Assembly: GCA_018645365.1 (NCBI GenBank)
Contig: JABGOP010000002.1
Location: 3,409-67,408, forward strand
Origin: Candidatus Cloacimonadota bacterium
Lineage (GTDB): Bacteria; Cloacimonadota; Cloacimonadia; Cloacimonadales; TCS61
Direction of reading: 5' to 3'
DNA length: 64,000 nt
Part shown: in pieces, positions 14,197-22,439 of the stretch
Layout: every line of letters begins with the position of its first letter
Numbering within the stretch: the first letter of the stretch is position 1
Program-made: the position numbers and the translations under genes
Notes under the pieces: model-generated
The model's input: the letters and a program-made list of their open reading frames with translations, nothing else
Told to the model about the DNA's origin: nothing
Databases searched by the model: none

Positions 14197-16557
14197 ATGA
14201 ATTATTACGAAATAGCAATTCCTGTAAATCTAGAAAAAAACTATACTTATCAATCTTTTGCAACTATCAAAACAGGCTGTCGAGTTTTCGTATCATTTCA
14301 AAATACATTTTACACTGGCATCGTTTGGCAGAAAGCATTGGAAATTAATCCAGATATAAAATACAAAGAAATTATCGAAATAATTGACGAGACTCCCAAA
14401 ATAACTCATAACCTTCTCAAATTAGCTGACTGGATAAGTCATTATTATCATTGCAGTTTAGGAATGGTTATTGCCGCAATGTTGCCGTCTGCTTTTAATA
14501 TTCAAACTCAACAGAAAGTAAAAAGAATTTCCATAAAATTGGAAGTCGACGCAGAGATATTATCGCTTATTTCAAAGGATGAATGGACAGATATTTCTAT
14601 CTTGAAAGAGAATAAAATAACTAATATTTACGAAAGATTAGAAAAACTGGAAGTTTTGCAACTTATTGAAATTCAAAGAACTTATGACGAAAAAATAAAA
14701 AAGAAAATTGCCAATTTTATAGTTTTGAATTTTCCCCAAATATTGCCAGAACTAACAGTAAAACAAAATGAAGTTTACACCGAATTGCAAAAAGTTGGAA
14801 CAGATTTTCCTCTTTCCAAAATTATAAATCAATTTACTTATTATAGCGTCAAAAAATTGCGTGAAAAAGGTTTGCTCACAATAGAGCCACGCGAAATAGA
14901 TAGTAAAACTTCACTTTTACCTAAAGAACGGAAAATACGGAATTTTCAATTGACAGATGAGCAAAATGAAGCAGTGAAATGTTTGCAAAAATCAGTTTCA
15001 AAAAACGAGTTTAAAGCATTTTTACTTTATGGAATAACTGGAAGCGGTAAAACAGAAGTTTATATAAAAGCGATTGAAAAAGCACTTCAAATGGGGAAAA
15101 CTGCGTTAATGCTCGTTCCAGAAATTTCGTTGACTCCTCAAATGGTGGAGATGTTTTACAATGCATTTGGCGAGAATATTGCTATTTTGCACAGCCATTT
15201 GAATGACCGAGAACGATGGGAACAGTGGAATAAAATTAAGTCTGGTGATAGTAAAATTGTCATTGGTGCGAGAAGTGCAATTTTTGCGCCACTCGAAAAT
15301 ATAGGTGTTATCATCGTGGACGAAGAACACGAAACTACTTATAAGCAAGATAAAACGCCACGATATAATGGTCGCGACTTAGCTGTTGTTCGTGGAAAAT
15401 TTGCTGATGCGGTTGTTATTTTGGGAAGTGCCACCCCTTCACTTGAAAGTTGGCAAAATGTAAAATCAGAAAAATATCAATTACTAAAGCTTACCAAACG
15501 ACCCAAAAATGCTGAGCTTTCAAAAATTAAAATTATCGATATGCGTCGTGAAAAAAATACAAAAAATATTCTTTCTGAAAAATTAAAGAAAAAAATTGAA
15601 GAACGCCTAAAATCAAAAGAACAAGTCATCTTGTTGCAGAATAGGAGAGGTTATTCGTCGTTTGTGCAATGTATTTCTTGTGGTAAATTATTCGAATGCA
15701 AAAATTGCGATGTCAGTATGAAATTTCACAGTAAAGAGCAAAAACTGATTTGTCATTATTGTGGATTTTCAGAAAAAATGCCACGAAAATGTCCATCATG
15801 TGAAAGTTATCTTTTCAGTTTTGGCGCAGCGGGAACGCAACAAATAGAAAAGCAATTACAAATAATTTTCCCAACTGCCAAAATTTTACGAATGGATTCC
15901 GATTCGGCACGCAAAAAAGATAGTTACAATTTGATGTTTGAAAAAATGCGTAGTGGAAATGTCGATATTTTATTGGGTACGCAAATGATTGCGAAAGGTC
16001 TCGATTTTCCAAATGTAACATTAGTCGGTGTGATTTCGGCGGATATTGGTTTGAATGTGCCAGATTTTCGTGCAGCAGAGCGTACATTTCAACTACTTAC
16101 ACAGGTTGCTGGTAGATCTGGAAGAGGTGAAAAACCGGGCGAAGTTATTGTTCAAACCTATAATCCAGAGCATTACACCATTCTTTTGGCAATGGAACAA
16201 GACGCCGAAAAATTTACCGAAAAAGAGATGGAATTGCGTGAGATGTTATCTTATCCGCCAGTTACCAGAATGGCTCGCATTGTGTTTAGTAATAAAAATG
16301 AGAATTATTTGAAACAGCAGTTATTGCGAAATTCAAAATTATTTGAGATTTTGCGACAACACGATGACGATTTAAAAATTTTGGGACCGGTTCCAACGCC
16401 AATCGAAAAGCTGCAAAATATGTATCGATATCACCTCATCATTAAAACGAAATCTTTTGGGAAACTGTCGCAAACAATCGATTATTTGCAACAAAATTTA
16501 CAACTTGGTTCGACCATAAAATCAATAATCGATATTGATCCATATTCATTATTATAA
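14197..16557 (+). CDS. priA: Primosomal protein N' (replication restart helicase PriA)
   Basis: 786 aa. Walker A GITGSGKTEVY, DEEH box (IIVDEEHE), Cys-rich zinc region CISCGKLFECKNCDVSMKFH...CHYCG...CPSC. Confidence 0.92.
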   Translation: MNYYEIAIPVNLEKNYTYQSFATIKTGCRVFVSFQNTFYTGIVWQKALEINPDIKYKEIIEIIDETPKITHNLLKLADWISHYYHCSLGMVIAAMLPSAFNIQTQQKVKRISIKLEVDAEILSLISKDEWTDISILKENKITNIYERLEKLEVLQLIEIQRTYDEKIKKKIANFIVLNFPQILPELTVKQNEVYTELQKVGTDFPLSKIINQFTYYSVKKLREKGLLTIEPREIDSKTSLLPKERKIRNFQLTDEQNEAVKCLQKSVSKNEFKAFLLYGITGSGKTEVYIKAIEKALQMGKTALMLVPEISLTPQMVEMFYNAFGENIAILHSHLNDRERWEQWNKIKSGDSKIVIGARSAIFAPLENIGVIIVDEEHETTYKQDKTPRYNGRDLAVVRGKFADAVVILGSATPSLESWQNVKSEKYQLLKLTKRPKNAELSKIKIIDMRREKNTKNILSEKLKKKIEERLKSKEQVILLQNRRGYSSFVQCISCGKLFECKNCDVSMKFHSKEQKLICHYCGFSEKMPRKCPSCESYLFSFGAAGTQQIEKQLQIIFPTAKILRMDSDSARKKDSYNLMFEKMRSGNVDILLGTQMIAKGLDFPNVTLVGVISADIGLNVPDFRAAERTFQLLTQVAGRSGRGEKPGEVIVQTYNPEHYTILLAMEQDAEKFTEKEMELREMLSYPPVTRMARIVFSNKNENYLKQQLLRNSKLFEILRQHDDDLKILGPVPTPIEKLQNMYRYHLIIKTKSFGKLSQTIDYLQQNLQLGSTIKSIIDIDPYSLL

Positions 16558-16618
16558 CAATTTTCTTGACGAAAAAAGGGTGATTAAGTTCTGGTTATTT
16601 TTAAATATAGGAGGATAA

Positions 16619-17764
16619 ATGGATTATTTTTTAACAGAAGATCAACAAGAAATACGCGATTTAGCGCGTCAGGTGGCGGAAGAAAAAATCAAGCCAGTGC
16701 GTGCAAAATATGATGAGGAAAACGCATTTCCGTGGGAAATTGTGGAAGAGTTCAAAAAAACAGACCTTTTTGCAGTTCTCGTTCCAGAAGAGTATGGCGG
16801 AATCAGTGGAAAAGTCACAGATGTTGCGATTCTTACCGAGGAATTGAGCCGTGTTTGCGGTGGAATTAGCCTTTCACTAGGTGGTTCAGGATTGGGAATG
16901 TATCCAATTTTAATTTCTGGTAGCGAAGAACAAAAACAAAAATATTTGCCTTTGATAGCAGACGGTGAAAAACTTGCTGCATTCGCACTCACAGAAGCAA
17001 ATGCCGGTTCGGATGCTGGCGGAATGGAAACAACTGCAGTGAAAGATGGTGATTATTTTATTTTGAATGGTACCAAACAATGGATTACTAACGGTGGAGA
17101 AGCAGATATTTACACAGTTTTTGCTTTAACAAATAAAGCTAAAGGAGCACGCGGTTCTTCTTGTTTTATCGTGGAGAAAGGAACGGAAGGTTTTACTTTT
17201 GGCAAAAAAGAAAATAAGATGGGAATTCGCGGTTCTGCAACACGTGAGTTGATTTTCGATAATTGCAGAATTCCAAAAGAAAATATGATTGGTCGTGAGG
17301 GAACAGGTTTTATGATTGCAATGAAAACTCTCGATAAATCTCGTCCGATGGTAGCTGCTCAAGCGGTTGGAATCGCACAGGGTGCGTATGAAGAAGCGGC
17401 AAAATATTCGAAAGAGAGACAGCAATTTGGCAAGCCTATCTCGGCTTTCCAAGGTGTTCAGTTTATGTTGGCAGACATGGCAACTCAGATTGAAGCGGCT
17501 CGTGCATTGGTTATGCAGACTGCAAAGATGATTGATTCTGGTGCAAAAAAATACTCAAAAGAATCTGCAATGTGCAAAGTTTTTGCTTCCGATATGGCGA
17601 TGAAAGTTACAACTGATGCAGTTCAAGTTTTGGCTGGTTACGGTTATATGAAGGAATATCCGGTTGAAAAAATGATGCGTGATGCAAAAATCACCCAAAT
17701 TTATGAAGGGACAAATCAGGTTCAACGCGGTGTGATTGCAGCGAATTTATTGAAGGAATTCTAA
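16619..17764 (+). CDS. Acyl-CoA dehydrogenase (short-chain/butyryl-CoA type)
   Basis: AGGAGG RBS. 381 aa. ACAD motifs: FALTEANAGSDAGG, WITNGG, catalytic region QIYEGTNQVQR. Confidence 0.9.
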   Translation: MDYFLTEDQQEIRDLARQVAEEKIKPVRAKYDEENAFPWEIVEEFKKTDLFAVLVPEEYGGISGKVTDVAILTEELSRVCGGISLSLGGSGLGMYPILISGSEEQKQKYLPLIADGEKLAAFALTEANAGSDAGGMETTAVKDGDYFILNGTKQWITNGGEADIYTVFALTNKAKGARGSSCFIVEKGTEGFTFGKKENKMGIRGSATRELIFDNCRIPKENMIGREGTGFMIAMKTLDKSRPMVAAQAVGIAQGAYEEAAKYSKERQQFGKPISAFQGVQFMLADMATQIEAARALVMQTAKMIDSGAKKYSKESAMCKVFASDMAMKVTTDAVQVLAGYGYMKEYPVEKMMRDAKITQIYEGTNQVQRGVIAANLLKEF

Positions 17765-17766
17765 AT

Positions 17767-18300
17767 TTGAAATTATTGGTTCATATCTGTTGTGCACCGT
17801 GTTTCGCGGCGCCCTATTATTATTTGAAAAAGAAATTTGATATTCACGGTTTTTGGTTTAATCCTAATATTCACCCATATTTAGAGTATAAAAACAGAAT
17901 GGAGGAAGTGGAAAAATTTGCCAAAAATGAAAAATTTCCAATAATTTTTAAAGATGAATATAAGCTTAAAGATTTTTTACGAAAAGCAAGTTTTAGAGAA
18001 AATAATCGTTGTCAATTTTGTTATTACGACCGTTTAAAATACGCAGCGATTATCGCTAAAAAAGGTAATTTTGATTTTTTTACAACTTCGCTTTTATACA
18101 GTAAATTCCAAAATCATGAGTTGGTTCGTGAAATTGGAGAATCGCTTGCAAAAGAGTATAAAATAAAATTTTATTACGAAGATTTTCGTGAATATTGGAA
18201 AGAAGGGATTCAAATTTCCAAAGAAAAAAAGATGTATCGACAACAATATTGTGGTTGTATTTTCAGTGAAGAAGATAGATATAAGCCGAAGGGAAGTTGA
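17767..18300 (+). CDS. queH: Epoxyqueuosine reductase QueH (DUF208)
   Basis: 177 aa. N-terminal LLVHICCAPC and C-terminal YRQQYCGC Cys motifs typical of QueH. Apparent TTG start 2 nt after the upstream stop. Confidence 0.8.
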   Translation: MKLLVHICCAPCFAAPYYYLKKKFDIHGFWFNPNIHPYLEYKNRMEEVEKFAKNEKFPIIFKDEYKLKDFLRKASFRENNRCQFCYYDRLKYAAIIAKKGNFDFFTTSLLYSKFQNHELVREIGESLAKEYKIKFYYEDFREYWKEGIQISKEKKMYRQQYCGCIFSEEDRYKPKGS

Positions 18301-19118
18301 TGATGAAAAATGTGCTGTCGTTTCAAAAGATGAAAATGAAAAATAAAAAAATTGTGATGCTGACGGCGTACGATTATCCATCTGCAAAATACGCAGAGAT
18401 TGCAAATGTAGATGTGTTGCTGGTTGGAGATACTTTGGGAATGGTTGTTTTGGGTTACGAAAATACTTTACAAGTTACCTTGGATGACATAATTTACCAC
18501 ACAAAAGCGGTGCGACGCGGTGCCAAAAACACCTTCATTATTGCAGATATGCCATTTGGATCGTATCACATTAGCGATGAAGAAACTCGTAAAAATGCGA
18601 TTCGTTTAATCACTGAGACTGGTGCAAATGCAGTGAAATTGGAAGGCGGTTCGGAAAACAGGTTGGCAACAATAAAAACAATTCGCTCAATTTCAGATTG
18701 TGAAATTCCAGTTGTGGCACATCTTGGGTTAACGCCTCAATCCATTAACTCTATTGGTGGCTACAAAATTCAAGGTAAAAAAGATGCACAATATCAACAG
18801 ATTTTACAGCAAGCAATTGATGTTGAGAAAGCGGGTGCATTTATGTTAGTTTTGGAAGCAATTCCAGAGAAATTAGGTAAAGAAATCTCGGAAAATATTT
18901 CGATTCCAACGGTTGGAATTGGGGCTGGAAAATATACTGATGGTCAAGTTTTAGTTTATCACGATATTTTGGGAATGTCAGATTTTCAACCAAAATTTGT
19001 GAAAAAATACGCAAATTTAGAAGAATTAATTTCAAATAAAATTGGGGAATATTGTGATGATGTGAAATCTGAAAAATTCCCTCAGAAAGAGAATATTTAC
19101 TATCCAATTGAAGATTAA
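18297..19118 (+). CDS. panB: 3-methyl-2-oxobutanoate hydroxymethyltransferase (PanB)
   Basis: 273 aa. MLTAYDYPSA...LLVGDTLGMVVLGYENTL...IADMPFGSY...VKLEGG pattern. Start overlaps the queH stop (TGATGATG). Confidence 0.9.
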   Translation: MMMKNVLSFQKMKMKNKKIVMLTAYDYPSAKYAEIANVDVLLVGDTLGMVVLGYENTLQVTLDDIIYHTKAVRRGAKNTFIIADMPFGSYHISDEETRKNAIRLITETGANAVKLEGGSENRLATIKTIRSISDCEIPVVAHLGLTPQSINSIGGYKIQGKKDAQYQQILQQAIDVEKAGAFMLVLEAIPEKLGKEISENISIPTVGIGAGKYTDGQVLVYHDILGMSDFQPKFVKKYANLEELISNKIGEYCDDVKSEKFPQKENIYYPIED

Positions 19119-19130
19119 AGATGGTTCTGC

Positions 19131-19159
19131 TTGACTTGATTATCTTCATTTTTTAAAAG
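19131..19159 (+). promoter_or_regulatory. Promoter-like motif, second copy of TTGACTTGAT...TAAAAG
   Basis: TTGACT (19131-19136), 17 nt, TAAAAG (19154-19159). The downstream ATG at 19169 lies only 10 nt past the -10 element. Confidence 0.3.
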
Positions 19160-19168
19160 CGTTGACTT

Positions 19169-19786
19169 ATGGAAAATATGATAGAAAGTTATAAAAGTAT
19201 TGAGATGACACCCGATGAACGAATTCAAGCTGTATCGAATTTGAAGAGAAATTTGGAAGATAACTTTGTCCAACTTGGTCAGCTACTTCTGGATATGCGA
19301 AGAACGAAGCTTTTTAAATTTAAAGGTTACAAAAATTTCAGAGATTTTGTGGAGGCAGAGTTCAATTTTAGTAGCTCGTTTGCCAATAAAATTATTGGTA
19401 ATTTTGAGTTTTTTGTGAAAGAACTTGATATTGACGAACAATCTGTGAAAAATATTGGGCTCGATAAATTGAATATGCTAAAACCGATGGTGAAAAAAAT
19501 GTCTTTTGAAGAGACCGATCATTGGTTAAAAAAGGCGGTAGATTTACCTTCAACGGAATTAAGAGAAGAGATAAAAGAGATTCGCGAAAAACAAAAAACA
19601 AAAGAGAAGACATTAAAAGATATTTTTTCAGAACAATACCTAGAAAAAATGGTTACTTTCTTCAATTGCAATCGCAAAGAGTTGGATTTTAAATTGGCTT
19701 TATATTTTCAGGATTTAAACCTCGATGAAGTTCAAAAAATGATTAAAATTAATGAAAGACAATTTCAAATAACAGATGAAAAATAA
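19169..19786 (+). CDS. Hypothetical protein with ParB-HTH-like DNA-binding pattern
   Basis: 205 aa. LGQLLLDMRRTKLFKFKGYKNFRDFVEAEFNFSSSFANKII resembles the HTH region of ParB-like proteins, with no ParB N-terminal domain. No SD upstream. Confidence 0.5.
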   Translation: MENMIESYKSIEMTPDERIQAVSNLKRNLEDNFVQLGQLLLDMRRTKLFKFKGYKNFRDFVEAEFNFSSSFANKIIGNFEFFVKELDIDEQSVKNIGLDKLNMLKPMVKKMSFEETDHWLKKAVDLPSTELREEIKEIREKQKTKEKTLKDIFSEQYLEKMVTFFNCNRKELDFKLALYFQDLNLDEVQKMIKINERQFQITDEK

Positions 19787-19850
19787 CAGATTTGGAGGAT
19801 ATGTCGAAAAAATTGTGCTTTAATTTACAAAAAATGTTTTGGAGGAAATT

Positions 19851-21407
19851 ATGCAAAAACTAAAAATTTTATGGGTCGATGATGAAATTGAGCACTTAAA
19901 ACCTTTCGTCATTTTCCTTTCCGAAAAAGGGCACAAAGTGACGACTGTTTCGAACGGCTCAGATGCAATTAAATTGGTTTTAAAAAACCATTATGATTTG
20001 GTGCTTTTAGATGAAATGATGCCAGGAATGGACGGCTTGACAACCTTAAAAGAGATAAAAAGGATTAACAGTTCGTTGTCGGTCGTGATGGTGACAAAAA
20101 ATGAAGAAGAAGATTTGATGGAAGATGCGATAGCTGGTCAAATTGCCGATTATTTGATTAAACCGATAAATCCGAATCAAATTATTTTGACGATTAAAAA
20201 ATTATTTCAGACAAATGAAATTAAGAAAAATAAAATTGGTGCAGATTATGCCAGATTTTCATCAGAATTAAATGAAGATTTGGGTTCAAATCCAAACTGG
20301 GATGAGTGGTCACAAATTTATCAGAAATTGTGTGATTGGGATTCAAGATTGGATGATATTCGTGATGAAACAATGACGCATTTACATTTTTTGGAGAAAT
20401 TAAATTGCAACTCTGAATTTTCAAATTATGTAACGCGAAATTACAAAGATTGGCTAAGCACAGATGAACGACCAACTTTCTCATTTGACTTGATTTCTGA
20501 GTACGTAATTCCTGCAATTGAGCGTGAAAATACACCGGTTTATTTCATCGTTTTAGATTGTATGCGGCTAGATCAATACTACACGATTGAGCCTTTTTTG
20601 AAAGAACTATTTGATGTGGAAGTGGATTTATATTACTCCATTTTACCGACTGCTACTCCATATTCGCGAAATGCGATTTTTAGCGGTTTGATGCCAAATG
20701 ATATTGCTAAAAATTTCCCAAAATATTGGACAAATTCTGCAGACTTAGATACTAGCCGTAATCGTAACGAACATCAGCTTTTAGAGGAACATTTGAAAGA
20801 TTTGGGTCACGAAATAAACGAAAGTAAATATGTGAAAATTTTCAATATAGAAGAAGGCGATTACACTTTGCGTAAAATAGAATCTTGGAAAAATGAAAAA
20901 TTAATTGTTTTAGTGTATAATTTCTTAGATTTACTCGCACACCATCGTTCCCAAAATCAGGTTTTGAAGGAAGCAATTCCTGATGAAGAAGCACTTCGTC
21001 ATTTCACGAAACATTGGTTCACGCACTCCACATTTTATGAAACTTTAAAAAAAATTAAAGAACAAAATGCAACGGTTATTATCACAACTGATCACGGTTC
21101 AATACGCGTGAATAGGGCAAGTCAGCTAATTGGAAATAAGGAAACGACCTCATCCGTCCGCTACAAACAAGGCAAAAATTTAAAGATGCTAGATAAACAT
21201 TCATTTTATTTGGAAAATCCAGAAGAATATGGCCTTCCGAAGCAGAGCATTATAGAGAATTATGTGCTCGCAAAAGAAGATTATTACTTTGTTTATCCGA
21301 ATGCATTTCATAAATATATGAAACAATATGTTGGCACATTTCAGCACGGTGGAATTTCGATGGAAGAGATGATTTTGCCAATTTCAATTTGCAGACCCCA
21401 AAAATGA
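19851..21407 (+). CDS. porX: PorX-type response regulator: CheY-like receiver fused to a PglZ (alkaline-phosphatase superfamily) domain
   Basis: GGAGG 19841-19845 with a 5-nt spacer to ATG 19851 (track starts at TTG 19839). Receiver: ILWVDDE, LVLLDEMMPGMDG, DYLIKP. PglZ-type motifs: FIVLDCMRLDQ, LPTATPYSRNAIFSG, DLLAHH, ITTDHGS, FQHGGIS. Confidence 0.8.
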   Translation: MQKLKILWVDDEIEHLKPFVIFLSEKGHKVTTVSNGSDAIKLVLKNHYDLVLLDEMMPGMDGLTTLKEIKRINSSLSVVMVTKNEEEDLMEDAIAGQIADYLIKPINPNQIILTIKKLFQTNEIKKNKIGADYARFSSELNEDLGSNPNWDEWSQIYQKLCDWDSRLDDIRDETMTHLHFLEKLNCNSEFSNYVTRNYKDWLSTDERPTFSFDLISEYVIPAIERENTPVYFIVLDCMRLDQYYTIEPFLKELFDVEVDLYYSILPTATPYSRNAIFSGLMPNDIAKNFPKYWTNSADLDTSRNRNEHQLLEEHLKDLGHEINESKYVKIFNIEEGDYTLRKIESWKNEKLIVLVYNFLDLLAHHRSQNQVLKEAIPDEEALRHFTKHWFTHSTFYETLKKIKEQNATVIITTDHGSIRVNRASQLIGNKETTSSVRYKQGKNLKMLDKHSFYLENPEEYGLPKQSIIENYVLAKEDYYFVYPNAFHKYMKQYVGTFQHGGISMEEMILPISICRPQK

Positions 21408-21832
21408 AAAAAATAATCGAATTATTTTCCGAAAAAGATACTGAAAAGTTTGCTGAAAAATTAGCGTTACAATTAGAAAATGGCGATGTTATTGCACTTT
21501 ATGGCGAATTGGGTGCAGGTAAAACCTTTTTTACTCAAAAATTATGTTCATTTCTCAAAGTAACAGAAAATGTTTCTAGTCCAAGTTATGTTTTGATGAA
21601 CGAATATTCAGGGATTATGCCTATAATTCATCTTGATTTATATCGATTAAACTCGGAAGATGAAGTTTTGGAATTGGGCTTGTATGATGTAATAGAGTCT
21701 GGCTTAACGATTATCGAATGGCCAAAATTAGCTGAAAAGTTATTGACGAAAGATGTGATTAGAATTTACATTAATTATAAAAATAAGCATCGTGAAGCGA
21801 TAATCAAAACAGAAAAAGAAATTTTACTTTGA
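21404..21832 (+). CDS. tsaE: tRNA t6A37 biosynthesis ATPase TsaE (YjeE)
   Basis: ATGA overlap with the porX stop. P-loop GELGAGKTFFTQ and HLDLYRL motif. Confidence 0.85.
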   Translation: MKKIIELFSEKDTEKFAEKLALQLENGDVIALYGELGAGKTFFTQKLCSFLKVTENVSSPSYVLMNEYSGIMPIIHLDLYRLNSEDEVLELGLYDVIESGLTIIEWPKLAEKLLTKDVIRIYINYKNKHREAIIKTEKEILL

Positions 21833-22117
21833 TAAAAGGTGGAAAATAATAAATGCTAGAAGTACAAGAATAATTGCATTTCCCCACATAATTCTGTTTT
21901 TTAACTCTTCAATTTGATGGCGATTATTGGCGATTTTATCTTCTAATCGAATTATTAAATGCTCTAGATTAGAGAATTTTTTGTTAACTTTATCTATTTT
22001 GTTGACCTTTCGCATATTTTCAAAATCCTTGATAAAATGTTTGAAAATATCAAACATCATTTTGACTAAATTAGAAAGAATTGAACTATCTTTTCTTGTT
22101 TCGTTTCGTTTACTCAT
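21824..22117 (-). CDS. Small tail-anchored coiled-coil membrane protein, unknown function
   Basis: GAGGAG with a 5-nt spacer before ATG 22117 (track start 22183 is probably over-extended). MSKRNETRKD..., C-terminal TM WGNAIILVLLAFIIFHLL. The 3' end overlaps tsaE by 9 nt (convergent). Confidence 0.55.
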   Translation of the reverse strand: MSKRNETRKDSSILSNLVKMMFDIFKHFIKDFENMRKVNKIDKVNKKFSNLEHLIIRLEDKIANNRHQIEELKNRIMWGNAIILVLLAFIIFHLLSK

Positions 22118-22322
22118 CCTGACTCCTCTTTTCTTATAATTTAAAAACAAGAGCAGAAACTTAATTTGTGAAAGGAATGTCAATAAATTTCTTTCCTAAT
22201 AATAGAAAAATAGCAAATATACATTGACAAATAAAAGACATTTTGGCTTTTAGATAGTTCGTAAAATGTGTGTTTTAAATGGAAGAATCCATAAGATGAA
22301 GCTTGCAAAAAAAGGAGATGTG

Positions 22323-22439
22323 ATGTTCAAGGTTAGGGTAATGTTAGTTTTGTTGGTTTTAGTGTCATCTTGTGTATTGTCCCCACCAGTTGGTAAACTC
22401 ACAGGTACGACTGGAGAAATTAATGAGCTCCTCGATTAA
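22323..22439 (+). CDS. Candidate 38-aa lipoprotein (below the ORF-track size cutoff)
   Basis: AGGAG with a 5-nt spacer, then ATG 22323. MFKVRVMLVLLVLVSSCVLSPPVGKLTGTTGEINELLD with lipobox V-S-S-C. Overlaps the wzx start by 17 nt. Confidence 0.45.
   Translation: MFKVRVMLVLLVLVSSCVLSPPVGKLTGTTGEINELLD

Noticed and set aside
16566-16614. TTGACG at 16566-16571 as the -35 element of a promoter for the acyl-CoA dehydrogenase gene.
   Set aside because: No acceptable -10 hexamer lies 16-19 nt downstream (TTCTGG/TCTGGT). Only the AGGAGG RBS is convincing.
19801-19863. 20-codon upstream ORF (MSKKLCFNLQKMFWRKLCKN) preceded by GGAGG and overlapping the porX start.
   Set aside because: The GGAGG-to-ATG spacing is only 2 nt, too short for efficient initiation. 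The second GGAGG (19841-19845) is correctly spaced for porX. This looks like a chance ORF in an AT-rich leader.
19851-21407. The PglZ domain as a sign of a BREX/DISARM-type phage-defence system.
   Set aside because: The PglZ domain is fused to a CheY-like receiver (PorX architecture). None of the obligatory defence partners (pglX methyltransferase, brxC/pglY ATPase, brxL) is nearby. The neighbours are tsaE and housekeeping genes.
21824-21832. 9-nt convergent overlap of the tsaE and tail-anchored-protein 3' ends as a regulatory antisense arrangement.
   Set aside because: Short convergent overlaps are common in compact genomes. No hairpin or conserved element is visible.
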